A DNA stretch of 64,000 nt from Candidatus Saccharimonadales bacterium (GCA_040903985.1 JBBDUI010000002.1:262038-326037); one strand, 5' to 3'. Shown: positions 9,305 through 18,403, numbered from the stretch's first letter. Numbers and translations: made by a program. Notes: a model not told the origin generated them from the sequence alone.

Positions 9305-10117
9305 TTGTTCGAGTGGTTAAGTAACCTACTACCTGAGAATATTAACATAAACATCAATATCGTTAAGCATGTCAAAATAAATTCAGATAATACTAATCTG
9401 CCCCCTGTATCAATCGAGGACGACAAGTTAGTGATAAGCGATTCGACTCCGGAAGGTAGAGATCTAGCGGAGAGAATTATAAAAGAGCTTCCTTTGCATA
9501 TAGAGCACAACGATATTGTCATTGAAGAAGCAAACCTAGAAAGCTACAGAGAAATTGATGCAGAGTTAAGCGAAGCAGACTTTGAGAATGAACTAGACAA
9601 GTTTAGGCCAATGATTCCTAAGGGCGATGTACCTATGCTGGAGGTGGCAATTCTCGTAAAGATCAGGTTTGATTCTGGCAAGAACGTAGGTCCAATTAAA
9701 GGACAAGCTATACACAGGTATGGCCCTAGAGCCGGAATGATATGTAACTTGTACAGCTCCGGATATTTTCATAACTTAATTAAGCCTCTCTATGAATCTA
9801 TCAAGAGTGGCGAAATAGGTTTCGATGAATACCTGGAGATATATAAAACAATAGTGACAGAATCACCTTTAGCAATGTTCGTAGGACTTGGTACTCCAGC
9901 AGACAAAATGAAGGAACAACTGCTTGATAAAATTGAGCTTAACAAAAAGAGTGGGATAGGTTATTTACATATTCATGGAATTGGAGTTAGTAATACTCGT
10001 TTTATAAAACGACTTCTGACAGATGAAGACATAAAGAATCATTTCGCTGAAGATCCAGATTTAATCCTCACTGGAAGAGCACTCAAGGCAACTATATACT
10101 TAACAGAGGTAGAATGA
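9305..10117 (+). CDS. Hypothetical protein (island cargo)
   Basis: 270-aa ORF in the low-GC region. No confident family assignment. A weak HIHGIG (Smr-like?) motif is noted only. Confidence 0.45.
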   Translation: MFEWLSNLLPENINININIVKHVKINSDNTNLPPVSIEDDKLVISDSTPEGRDLAERIIKELPLHIEHNDIVIEEANLESYREIDAELSEADFENELDKFRPMIPKGDVPMLEVAILVKIRFDSGKNVGPIKGQAIHRYGPRAGMICNLYSSGYFHNLIKPLYESIKSGEIGFDEYLEIYKTIVTESPLAMFVGLGTPADKMKEQLLDKIELNKKSGIGYLHIHGIGVSNTRFIKRLLTDEDIKNHFAEDPDLILTGRALKATIYLTEVE

Positions 10118-10428
10118 ATCCCTGCATCTACCTCATCGAAGCTGTGGGGAATACCCAAATAGTATTTTCGTGGTAGAGAAAGTCCGAAAAAGTTGGCACA
10201 AAGCCCTGAACGAGTTAAAGCACTGAAGGGGTGTGCTGGGAGGAGACTACCAGAAACATAAGTTACACGCTCGAGCTTTTTCTTCAGACACATATCCCTA
10301 GCCTAAGTAGCATCCGCTCTTCCTGCTTTCACTTAATACAACTACTCCCGTGTAGTTGTGGATAGTAGTGATCTTTTAGTTCGTTAACCCCGTACATGAC
10401 GAACCACTTCCTTAGTTATCTACGTTAC

Positions 10429-10629
10429 CTACCACCGGTCTTTAGTCCATGTATTATAAATAGCCTTAATACTTACGAAAAGAAGCCCAAGAGCCAACAA
10501 AATACCGAATAAACTACCTGTTAGTGCTCCAGCATTATCTTCTGGACGAATTGACCCAAGAAACTCACCTAAAAGAGATAGGGAGAATAGACTTAAGAGG
10601 CCCCATAAAGCTATCTTTATAAATCTCAC
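10429..10629 (-). CDS. Hypothetical small membrane protein (two TM segments)
   Basis: 66 aa, strongly hydrophobic. Confidence 0.3.
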   Translation of the reverse strand: MRFIKIALWGLLSLFSLSLLGEFLGSIRPEDNAGALTGSLFGILLALGLLFVSIKAIYNTWTKDRW

Positions 10630-10830
10630 TGTGCCCTCCGTTGATTATATAACTTACTATTTATAAGCAAACACTTTGCTCTTAGCTCAAAAGTAAAATT
10701 GTTTACCATCAGTAATGTTTTAAGGGTACCATATTATGGGAATCGTTTATCTTTCTGCTCGCTCATGGTTCGCCTGCGGCTCACTCAAAGTATCCTAAAG
10801 CTGCCGCTGTCAGCTTTAGACCTCGCGGGC

Positions 10831-10900
10831 GCGATTCCCCTCTCGAAAACTAAACCAATGAAAAAGCCCGACTATGGTCGGGCACTTTCATTGGTGGAGC
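10831..10900. repeat. Direct repeat R3. It is a roughly 85%-identical copy of the tmRNA 3' terminus (gctccacca), the terminator hairpin and about 37 nt of downstream flank.
   Basis: Hand-aligned to 12601..12672 with about 60 of 70 identical positions. It contains the same AATGAAAAAGCCCGAC...GTCGGGCACTTTCATT hairpin. Confidence 0.7.
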
Positions 10901-11118
10901 ACCTCGAAAAAAGTTCACCCCTCATTATAGATGAGGTGCATCGGTGGCGGGATTTACTCTGGAACGACTATAAATACAAGCAAAAACGCTCAACAGAGAT
11001 AGATAACCCCTGAGGGTATACCACCTTATTCATTTTATAAAGATTGTACTATTTCAGTACGAGTCCTATGATGAGTGTTAGATGCATCGTGTATCTAACT
11101 TAATTATATCATTTTGGG

Positions 11119-12321
11119 TTAGCTTGCTATAAATCTCTTAATCCTAGAGACAACGTAATCCCTAATTAGTTGTTCTGACTGGCTAATTAGGTCCTTGTAC
11201 TCAGCCTTTTCGGTTGATGTTGCCTTACTGTAGCCATGAATTTCAATTTTGCCGTGAATGACTTCGTGTCTAGCATTAAACAGCTTCTCTATGTGCTTTA
11301 TGCAATTTTCTCTATCGGACTCGGTTTTTGAAATAGTCTCAGCTATTACAGGTGCCTTTTCGCTAATCGTCGGTACGATATTACTATTTGTTATACTGTG
11401 TTTCCTAGTTGGGAATAGTGAATCAACTACCGATACCAGAAAAACTAGTTGTAGGCTCCAATCTTCATTATTCAAGAACTCTAGGTACCAATAGAGAGCA
11501 TTACATAATTGAATCCGTGCATTTTCTTTATTTTTTGCAGATTGTTTTTTTGAAATATCCTTAAACAATGAATTTACGGCATTAATTCTATCCTTATCGT
11601 TCTTGAAAGAAAGCGTCGTAGCTCTAGAGGCTTTTAGCGGATTTTTGAAGTTTGAATTATATTTGTCATCTAACTTAAATACTCTCGGAGTGGGGGAATG
11701 TCTCCTAATACTATTTGTTGCGAGTGTGCCGAATACGACATGTAGCGAATAATAAAGTCCTACTAATCTATCTGGACTGTAATTTGATTCTAGAAATGCG
11801 TATTCTCCAGTCCTAACAAGACCTTTATCTTCAATGTAGAGGTACTTCTCGCCAACTTTAGGTATGTTATCGCCAAACATCTGCTCTCTCAAAGCTTTGG
11901 CAAGTCCCTGACCCTTAACTTCATTTTTACTTTTGAATTGGTTAAATCTTTTCTGGTCAACCTCAATTATCTTAATGCTATCAAGATCTTGCAGGCCACC
12001 ACAATAATCATCAGGTAATTGGTAATAAAATTTATAAATATAAGGAATTCCTGAAGCCAGCTTATGTATATCAGTTATGACTTTATCTTTTTCGGCAGCA
12101 GTCATGGCTCTAGATTCACGGTTAAAATCACTGACTTTGAAAGCACTTGTGATAAGCATGTTCCAGAAAAACGGCCAATCAATTGCCGAATCATAAAGCT
12201 TCAAATCCACTATCTTATATAGCGGGTCAAAATTAATTGTGTCCACATCTATAAAGCCATCATTTAGCTTAGCGTTGGATAAACTATTCTTTAGTAATAC
12301 TTCTGGATTCTGTCTGGCCAT
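11119..12321 (-). CDS. Hypothetical protein, island cargo. It may be an Abi-like protein with a C-terminal HEPN-like R-x4-H motif (NARHEVIHG).
   Basis: 400-aa ORF in AT-rich DNA bracketed by tmRNA-end repeats. The functional call rests only on the motif and the context. Confidence 0.5.
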   Translation of the reverse strand: MARQNPEVLLKNSLSNAKLNDGFIDVDTINFDPLYKIVDLKLYDSAIDWPFFWNMLITSAFKVSDFNRESRAMTAAEKDKVITDIHKLASGIPYIYKFYYQLPDDYCGGLQDLDSIKIIEVDQKRFNQFKSKNEVKGQGLAKALREQMFGDNIPKVGEKYLYIEDKGLVRTGEYAFLESNYSPDRLVGLYYSLHVVFGTLATNSIRRHSPTPRVFKLDDKYNSNFKNPLKASRATTLSFKNDKDRINAVNSLFKDISKKQSAKNKENARIQLCNALYWYLEFLNNEDWSLQLVFLVSVVDSLFPTRKHSITNSNIVPTISEKAPVIAETISKTESDRENCIKHIEKLFNARHEVIHGKIEIHGYSKATSTEKAEYKDLISQSEQLIRDYVVSRIKRFIAS

Positions 12322-12492
12322 ACTTACAAAATACTATACTGATACTTATTAATATATAACTGTGTCGTACAAATATTATTAACGGCGAATTTTATATAGA
12401 TAATTCTGCAAAAGTTCACACCCCCAAATTGAGCACAATTTACACCTTAGGAAAAAACAAAAAAGACCCCGAAGGATCAAATTTTGACAAAA

Positions 12493-12511
12493 TGGTGGAG
12501 CTGCGGGGAAT
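12493..12511. repeat. Direct repeat R2. It is a 19-nt copy of the tmRNA 3' end (ATTCCCCGCAGCTCCACCA on the minus strand) and looks like an att core.
   Basis: Identical to the 3'-terminal 19 nt of the tmRNA gene, located 170 bp downstream of it in the same orientation. Confidence 0.7.
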
Positions 12512-12629
12512 CGTATCATATTATGCTCGCTCGAAATGCGTTTCTCGCTCGGCCAAGCAAGGAATTCTTAAGCTGCCACCGGCAGCTTAAGCCCTCTCGG
12601 GTGCAATTCCCCACCACAAAACTAAACCA

Positions 12630-12663
12630 ATGAAAAAGCCCGACTATCGTCGGGCACTTTCAT
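12630..12663 (-). terminator. Rho-independent terminator immediately after the tmRNA CCA end
   Basis: On the minus strand it reads AUGAAAGUGCCCGAC-GAUA-GUCGGGCUUUUUCAUU, a GC stem followed by a U5 run. Confidence 0.75.
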
Positions 12664-13076
12664 TGGTGGAGCTGCGGGGAATTGCACCCCGGTCCGCAAG
12701 TTAACTTCCTATCCCGCTACGAGCGTATTCGGTTTGAAAAGTTTCAGATATTTCCCGATCAAACCGACAAAAAAGAACTATCTATAGTCACAGTAAAGCT
12801 TCAGGCGGTTCGCCTCTGACGTACGAACTGCCCTACACCGGATAAATGTCACCAGATTTCCGTTATCCAGTAATCACGGAATTGATGGCTGCGGCGGTTA
12901 GGCTACAGCTGTCGCAAGGTTTCGAGGAGTCATAGCCTCAGAAACTGAAGCTAGAAAACTGTTCACCTTACTAGTAAATGTGTTTACATTTATTTGGGTT
13001 GGTCCAACTAACGTGTAGACCGAACCGGCTCGCTGAATAGGTTGTCAAAATACTCACGTCGAAGCTAATCAGCCCC
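12664..13076 (-). ncRNA. ssrA: tmRNA (SsrA), standard one-piece form, about 413 nt
   Basis: The 5' end GGGGCUGAUUAGCUUCGACG... matches the E. coli 5' end (GGGGCUGAUUCUGGAUUCGACGGG). The 3' end ...CGGGGUGCAAUUCCCCGCAGCUCCACCA gives a T-arm and an acceptor strand with the G3·U70 alanine identity pair. An internal tag frame ends ...GCG ACA GCU GUA GCC UAA. Confidence 0.85.
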
Positions 13077-13209
13077 ATGCCACTATTTTAACACATGCAC
13101 CCCGAGAGCGGTAAGAGTTACTAGCCATAAATGGTTAGTAACTCCTGTCACGGAGCAAGGGACGATTTACTCTTATCCGAGTAATTTGCTACAATAAACC
13201 ACAAGCATC

Positions 13210-14175
13210 ATGGTGGATAAAAATACTCATAACCGGTCGCAAAGCGATGAACCGTCTCAGGTTCGTAAGCACTACTACCTTAATCAATACGTAGTCATCG
13301 CCCCTCGTCGTAACAAACGCCCACGGCCTAAATCGGAAGAAGTGCTGAGCCAGAAAACCGAGCTGCAGCCACAGATTGAGTCTAACCCCAGCCTGTACGA
13401 AGTGCCGAACGAGGAGGGAGGCTGGCGCATCAAGGTAGTAGCTAACGACTACCCGGCCCTCTCTCCCGGTAGTACCCGCGCTAAAGGGGCTCAAGAAGTA
13501 GTACTCGAGACGCCAGCCATCAACACTCCCTTCCATCAGTTATCGATTGAACAGATCCAGGCGGTGCTAGAAACCTATCAACATCGCACTCACTTACTGC
13601 GCCAACGTTACGGCTACGTCAGTATCTTTAAAAACCACGGACCGCAGGCCGGTGCTACCCTAGCCCATACTCACTCCCAGATCATCGCCAGTGAATTTAT
13701 CCCACCCGAAGTCCGTCGCGAGCGTGAAGTATTAACCGAGTATCAGCTCAAGCACGATACCTCCGCCCTCTGCGACGTCATTCGTTGGGAGCTAGAACAG
13801 GACCAACGAGCCGTAGCTCATACCCGTTTCACCACTACCATCACTCCCTACGCTAGCCAATACCCGCTAGAGATTTGGATCATTCCTAACCGCCAGTCCC
13901 ACTCTATCGTTAATCTCAGTACTGAAGAGCTGCGCTCCCTAGCCGACCACCTCAAAGGTGTCGCTACTGCCCTGGGTGGTAACGGGGTGGATTATAACTA
14001 TCACCTCCAGGAAGGCATCGCCGACGAATACAATCACTTCTTTATCAAGGTCATCCCCCGCCTCTCGATCCTGGGTGGTTACGAGCTCAACACCGGCACG
14101 CACATTAACACTATCAGTCCCGAGTATGCCTGCAAGTGGTATCAGAAACACATTAAAACCCCCGATGTTGGCTAA
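13210..14175 (+). CDS. galT: Galactose-1-phosphate uridylyltransferase-family (GalT/HIT-like) nucleotidyltransferase
   Basis: 321 aa. The H-x-H-x-Q active-site motif is present (LAHTHSQI) and the two-half GalT architecture is recognisable. Confidence 0.6.
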   Translation: MVDKNTHNRSQSDEPSQVRKHYYLNQYVVIAPRRNKRPRPKSEEVLSQKTELQPQIESNPSLYEVPNEEGGWRIKVVANDYPALSPGSTRAKGAQEVVLETPAINTPFHQLSIEQIQAVLETYQHRTHLLRQRYGYVSIFKNHGPQAGATLAHTHSQIIASEFIPPEVRREREVLTEYQLKHDTSALCDVIRWELEQDQRAVAHTRFTTTITPYASQYPLEIWIIPNRQSHSIVNLSTEELRSLADHLKGVATALGGNGVDYNYHLQEGIADEYNHFFIKVIPRLSILGGYELNTGTHINTISPEYACKWYQKHIKTPDVG

Positions 14176-15673
14176 GGTCTATACCGCTGCAAACGATGGA
14201 TTCGCCGGCCAGATAGTAGAAACTGAATGTGACATGAGCAAGGGCCTGCCCGGCATCACAGTAGTGGGCCTACCGAACAAAGCCATAGATGAGGCGAAAG
14301 AACGCGTCCGTAGCGCCATCAAGAACAGCCGACTAGAGCTGCCGCGCAAACGCATCACCCTGAACCTCGCCCCGGCCGACCTCCCTAAAGACGGTACGGC
14401 TTACGATATACCTCTAGCCGTAGCTATCTTAGCCGCTAGTGAGCAGATCGACACGGGGGCTCTAGCTAAAAGTGTATTCGTTGGCGAGCTAGCTCTCAAC
14501 GGCACCCTCCGACCGGTTCCCGGCATCCTTAACTACGTCCAAACCGCTGCTCAAGCCGGCTTTAAACGGATCTTCATTCCGGCCGCCTGTCAGGATGAGG
14601 CCCGACTGATCAGCGGCATTAAAATATATCCGGTTAAGAATCTACGGGCTCTCTACCGCCACCTAGTCGGTGAGCGCAGCTTAACGGTCGCACCAACGCT
14701 CCGGCGCCTACCGCGAAACACTCAGGCTGAGTTCGATCTCGCCGATGTACATGGCCAGCAACAGGCCAAGCGAGCCCTCGAAATCGCTGCCGCCGGAGCA
14801 CATAACATCTTACTCAGCGGACCTCCCGGTAGTGGCAAGACCATGCTCGCCCGCTGCCTGACCTCGATTCTGCCCCCACCCACTCGGGAGGAGATTGTCG
14901 CCATCACTAAGCTCCACTCCCTCGGTAGTGCCCACGATTACCGTATCGTCACTACCCGTCCCTTCCGTGCGCCCCACCACACCACTAGTGATATCGCTAT
15001 CATCGGGGGTGGAACTAACCCTACTCCGGGTGAGATATCGCTAGCCCACCACGGCATCTTATTCTTAGACGAGTTACCGGAGTTTCGCCGCCATGTACTT
15101 GAGGTATTACGCCAGCCCCTAGAGGACGGCACCGTCACCGTGGCCCGAGCTAAGCGCAGTGTCACCTACCCGGCCGAGTTCATGCTAGTCGCCACTCAGA
15201 ATCCCTGTCCTTGTGGCTTTCTCGGTGATGAACGACGCGAATGTAGCTGTGACCAGGCGGCTATCAGCCGCTACCAGAAGAAAGTATCCGGACCGCTACT
15301 AGATAGAATCGATATGCACGTCACAGTAGGCAGGGTCGAACACACCAAGCTGCTAGCTCCCCCAGCCGGTGAGCCAAGTCGCACAATCGCCGGCCGAGTG
15401 AAACGGGCTCGCGAGCGAGCGCACCGTCGCTCTCACTATCCGAACGCTAAGCTGAATAATCAAGCAGTCCGGCGCTACTGCCGGACCGATGCGACTACAG
15501 CCGAACTACTAGCCCAGGCCATGCAGCGACTGGATCTCTCTGCCCGCGGCTATATACGCACCTTAAAAGTAGCCCGCACCATCGCCGACTTGGATGATTC
15601 TGAAGAGATAAAAGTCACCCACGTCAGTGAGGCACTGCAGTATCGACAGCCGGCTCACACCTCAACCGAGTAG
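14165..15673 (+). CDS. comM: Mg-chelatase-like AAA+ ATPase, YifB/ComM family
   Basis: MLAKVYTA...MSKGLPGITVVGLPNKAIDEAKERVRSAIKNS...ITLNLAPADLPKDGTAYDIPLAVAIL aligns with the E. coli YifB N-terminus. Walker A is GPPGSGKT. The ATG at 14165 was chosen and overlaps the galT stop by 11 nt. Confidence 0.85.
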   Translation: MLAKVYTAANDGFAGQIVETECDMSKGLPGITVVGLPNKAIDEAKERVRSAIKNSRLELPRKRITLNLAPADLPKDGTAYDIPLAVAILAASEQIDTGALAKSVFVGELALNGTLRPVPGILNYVQTAAQAGFKRIFIPAACQDEARLISGIKIYPVKNLRALYRHLVGERSLTVAPTLRRLPRNTQAEFDLADVHGQQQAKRALEIAAAGAHNILLSGPPGSGKTMLARCLTSILPPPTREEIVAITKLHSLGSAHDYRIVTTRPFRAPHHTTSDIAIIGGGTNPTPGEISLAHHGILFLDELPEFRRHVLEVLRQPLEDGTVTVARAKRSVTYPAEFMLVATQNPCPCGFLGDERRECSCDQAAISRYQKKVSGPLLDRIDMHVTVGRVEHTKLLAPPAGEPSRTIAGRVKRARERAHRRSHYPNAKLNNQAVRRYCRTDATTAELLAQAMQRLDLSARGYIRTLKVARTIADLDDSEEIKVTHVSEALQYRQPAHTSTE

Positions 15674-15949
15674 GAGCTCGGTCCAAGTGTCGGGTAGCAC
15701 CCCACTCCGCAGTGACCACCAGAAGATCAACTGCACTATCGCTAAGACAGCGAAGACTAGCAGGCTCAGCTTCATTAACCGCACACGCTGTAGCTGATGG
15801 CTGTCCGGCTCATCTGATTTGTCTGTTGCTTTAGGTGGCCTCACATTAGTGGTGCGAGTTTCAACCGGGGTGGTATCGACGAACGCACTAGATCGGGGTC
15901 GAGCCTGGAGGCGTTCTTTCTGCTGGCGAGTCTTACGTTTTTTGGGCAT
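15662..15949 (-). CDS. Hypothetical small membrane-anchored protein (basic N-terminus MPKKRKTRQQK..., one TM segment)
   Basis: An ORF with a lysine-rich N-terminus and a single hydrophobic segment. The start was set at the internal Met. Confidence 0.35.
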   Translation of the reverse strand: MPKKRKTRQQKERLQARPRSSAFVDTTPVETRTTNVRPPKATDKSDEPDSHQLQRVRLMKLSLLVFAVLAIVQLIFWWSLRSGVLPDTWTELLLG

Positions 15950-16082
15950 AACTATAATTATGGTACGCAATTTGGAATATAAATTCTACCGACAAATCGG
16001 TATCATCTCTGTTAGATTTAAGTTAGGTAGTGCTGAAATAAGGTATGGGCAAAGTCCGGGCATGCGCTATACTTAAGACTAT

Positions 16083-16565
16083 ATGCTAGAACCTTATTTC
16101 TTCGCTATCGTCATCGCTACTGCTGCTGCCGCTCTCGCCCTCTTAGGACTGTGGCGGCAAGCAAAGCTCCACCGCCGCATAGAAAAACTATTCGCCGGAC
16201 TCAATGATGACGGCAACCTAGAGGAAACGATCGAGCAGTACTTTGCTGAGGTTAAGACTACCCGAGATAAACTCAGCGGCCTACAGCAGAACTACCAGCA
16301 CCTCTCCCAGATTGCGGCCACCAGTTTGCAAAAAACCGCCATCGTCCGCTTCAATCCGTTTAAGCACACCGGTGGTGATCAGAGCTTTACCCTGGCACTG
16401 CTCGATAACCATGACAGCGGCTTTATCCTTACCAGCATCCACTCTCGGGAAGGAACCCGCGTCTACATCAAGCCGATTCGCTACGGGTCGAGCGATCATA
16501 CGCTTTCTCGCGAGGAGCAGTCCGCGCTCGATAACGCTAAGAGTACGAAGAGCCCTAAGGAGTAG
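16083..16565 (+). CDS. DUF4446-family protein (N-terminal TM segment)
   Basis: 160 aa. RFNPFKHTGGDQSFTLALLD...GFILTSIHSREGTRVYIKP matches the conserved DUF4446 core. Confidence 0.5.
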   Translation: MLEPYFFAIVIATAAAALALLGLWRQAKLHRRIEKLFAGLNDDGNLEETIEQYFAEVKTTRDKLSGLQQNYQHLSQIAATSLQKTAIVRFNPFKHTGGDQSFTLALLDNHDSGFILTSIHSREGTRVYIKPIRYGSSDHTLSREEQSALDNAKSTKSPKE

Positions 16566-16653
16566 ATCGTCCCAGATGCTTTCAATTTAAGGGGTTCAGC
16601 AGTATGGTAGATGCAAGACACGAGTCAGCCCAGTACTAAGGTTAGGAGGACAA

Positions 16654-17022
16654 ATGGCTAAGAAATCATATACCCCGGCGAATTTAGCCGACACCGTCAT
16701 CGCCCATGACCTGCGAATTAAAGGCGATCTCACTAGTGACAACGATATCTGGATCGACGGTCAGGTAGAGGGCAATGTCACCACGCACGGCAACTTAAGT
16801 ATCGGAGCTAACGGCACCATTACCGGCGACTTAATCGCTCACCAGGTCCGAGTCGCCGGTACCGTCATCGGCAACATTCAGGCCGAAGGCACTCTAAGCT
16901 GTGGCGATACCGCCCAGATTACTGGCAGTCTCCAGGCCGGTGATCTAGCCGTCAGTAGCGGGGCAGTCATTCGGGGCGAAGTAAACGTGACCTCTATCCT
17001 GGCCTCCGACGAAGAGGAGTAG
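16654..17022 (+). CDS. Bactofilin (polymer-forming cytoskeletal protein, DUF583)
   Basis: 122 aa. Repetitive beta-helix-like I/V-x-G-x pattern (IKGDLTSDNDIWIDGQVEGNVTT...). Size and acidic tail are typical of bactofilins. Confidence 0.7.
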   Translation: MAKKSYTPANLADTVIAHDLRIKGDLTSDNDIWIDGQVEGNVTTHGNLSIGANGTITGDLIAHQVRVAGTVIGNIQAEGTLSCGDTAQITGSLQAGDLAVSSGAVIRGEVNVTSILASDEEE

Positions 17023-17030
17023 AGACCACG

Positions 17031-17816
17031 ATGTACTACTACATCGTCAATCCCAGTTCGGGCGACAGGAGCTTTGAATCGATCCAGGCCAAGCTTCAGG
17101 CCAAGGTACGCCAGCTCGACATCGACGGAGAGTTTGCCAAAACCCTCGATGCCGATGATGCAGCCCGTATCACCCAAGCGGCCCTGCGCCAGGGCGCCCA
17201 GACTATCGTAGTGGTCGGCGGAGACAGAACCGTCAACGAAGTCATAACTGCCGTGAACGAGTCCAGTAAGTCCTCGATCTCGGTGGGTGTTATCCCTATC
17301 GGTCACACCAATACGCTTGCCCAACAGATCGGCATTCGCGATTGGAATCATGCCGTTGAGCTCTTAGCCGCTCGACGCCTCCGGAGCTTCCGGCTGATAC
17401 ATATTAACGATCACAGTTTCATTCACTCCTGTGTTCTGGAGTCGACTAACGATTCTACTGCTGAGGCCTTGATCGAGGTCGATGGTGCTTACCGCATCCG
17501 TGGCCCAATCCTGCAGGCGCAAATCAGCAATACCCGGCTACATAATCCCAGTTTGAGCAACGAGCTATTCGTCCAGTTAGCTACCCAAAACTCTGAGACC
17601 GGTCGGCTCCAGCGCTGGCTCAAGCGTGAGACACCCCGACCAGCGCTACTTTCGCAGCTCCATGCTCGGGTAATAGTCCTGGAGTTCCCCCATCCCTACC
17701 GCGCCGTAGTAGATGGGCGCGAAATAATCGACACTCAGTTTCGGATTCGCCTCTCGGAAAAACCGATTCACATTATCACCGCCAAATACGACAGTAACGG
17801 CAGCCCGCAAAACTAG
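17031..17816 (+). CDS. Diacylglycerol/lipid kinase catalytic-domain protein (DAGK_cat, YegS-like)
   Basis: 261 aa. MYYYIVNPSSG... is followed by the GGDGT-type motif (VVVGGDRTVNEV). Confidence 0.65.
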   Translation: MYYYIVNPSSGDRSFESIQAKLQAKVRQLDIDGEFAKTLDADDAARITQAALRQGAQTIVVVGGDRTVNEVITAVNESSKSSISVGVIPIGHTNTLAQQIGIRDWNHAVELLAARRLRSFRLIHINDHSFIHSCVLESTNDSTAEALIEVDGAYRIRGPILQAQISNTRLHNPSLSNELFVQLATQNSETGRLQRWLKRETPRPALLSQLHARVIVLEFPHPYRAVVDGREIIDTQFRIRLSEKPIHIITAKYDSNGSPQN

Positions 17817-17872
17817 CTCGCCCAGCTCCACCACCACGAGTTGACCTCCGGTAGCGGAGTTGTTACAATCTT

Positions 17873-18403
17873 TTGACGGAAGAGCTTAAGGAGTCCTTGA
17901 TCAAAAAACCACGCTTAAACCAGCAGATAAAAGCACCTGAGGTGCGTTTAATCGATGCCGAAGGGAAACAGCTCGGTGTAGTTAGCTCTCAAGAAGCACT
18001 GGCGCAAGCGCAAGCAGCTGGATACGATCTGGTAGAGATGTCGCCGCAGGCAAAACCACCGGTCGTCCGCATGGTAGATTGGGGCAAGTACCAGTACGAG
18101 AAAACCAAGCAGGAACAGCAGGCTCGTCGTAAGCAGAAGACGCACGACATGAAGCAGATGCGTTTCGGGCTCAAGATCGGACAACACGATCTCGATGTCA
18201 AACTGGGACAGGTACGTAAGTTCTTAGAGCGTGGACACAAGGTCAAGCTGACCGTACGTTTCCGTGGTCGAGAGATCATTCACCCAGAATTGGGCGATGA
18301 ACTGCTCCAAACTATGGTAGAATCTCTCAGTGATGTGGCGGTAGTAGATCAAGAACCCTCACTCACAGGCAAACAACTTAATATGGTTATCAGGAAGAAA
18401 TAA
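17873..18403 (+). CDS. infC: Translation initiation factor IF-3
   Basis: APEVRLIDAEGKQLGVV...KPPVVRMVDWGKYQYE... are the IF-3 N- and C-domains. The start codon is non-AUG (TTG), as is typical for infC. rpmI and rplT follow. Confidence 0.85.
   Translation: MTEELKESLIKKPRLNQQIKAPEVRLIDAEGKQLGVVSSQEALAQAQAAGYDLVEMSPQAKPPVVRMVDWGKYQYEKTKQEQQARRKQKTHDMKQMRFGLKIGQHDLDVKLGQVRKFLERGHKVKLTVRFRGREIIHPELGDELLQTMVESLSDVAVVDQEPSLTGKQLNMVIRKK

Noticed and set aside
10699-11013. 104-aa ORF whose middle (MKKPDYGRALSLVEHL) is encoded by the repeat R3
   Set aside because: The 'ATGAAAAAGCCCGAC...GTCGGGC' segment is the copied tmRNA terminator hairpin. The same hairpin next to the tmRNA would encode a different, truncated peptide. 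This is a non-coding repeat, not a conserved gene.
13958-14164. N-terminal 69-aa extension of the comM ORF in the six-frame track
   Set aside because: The extension overlaps the 3' end of galT in another frame. The YifB/ComM alignment begins at MLAKVYTA (14165).
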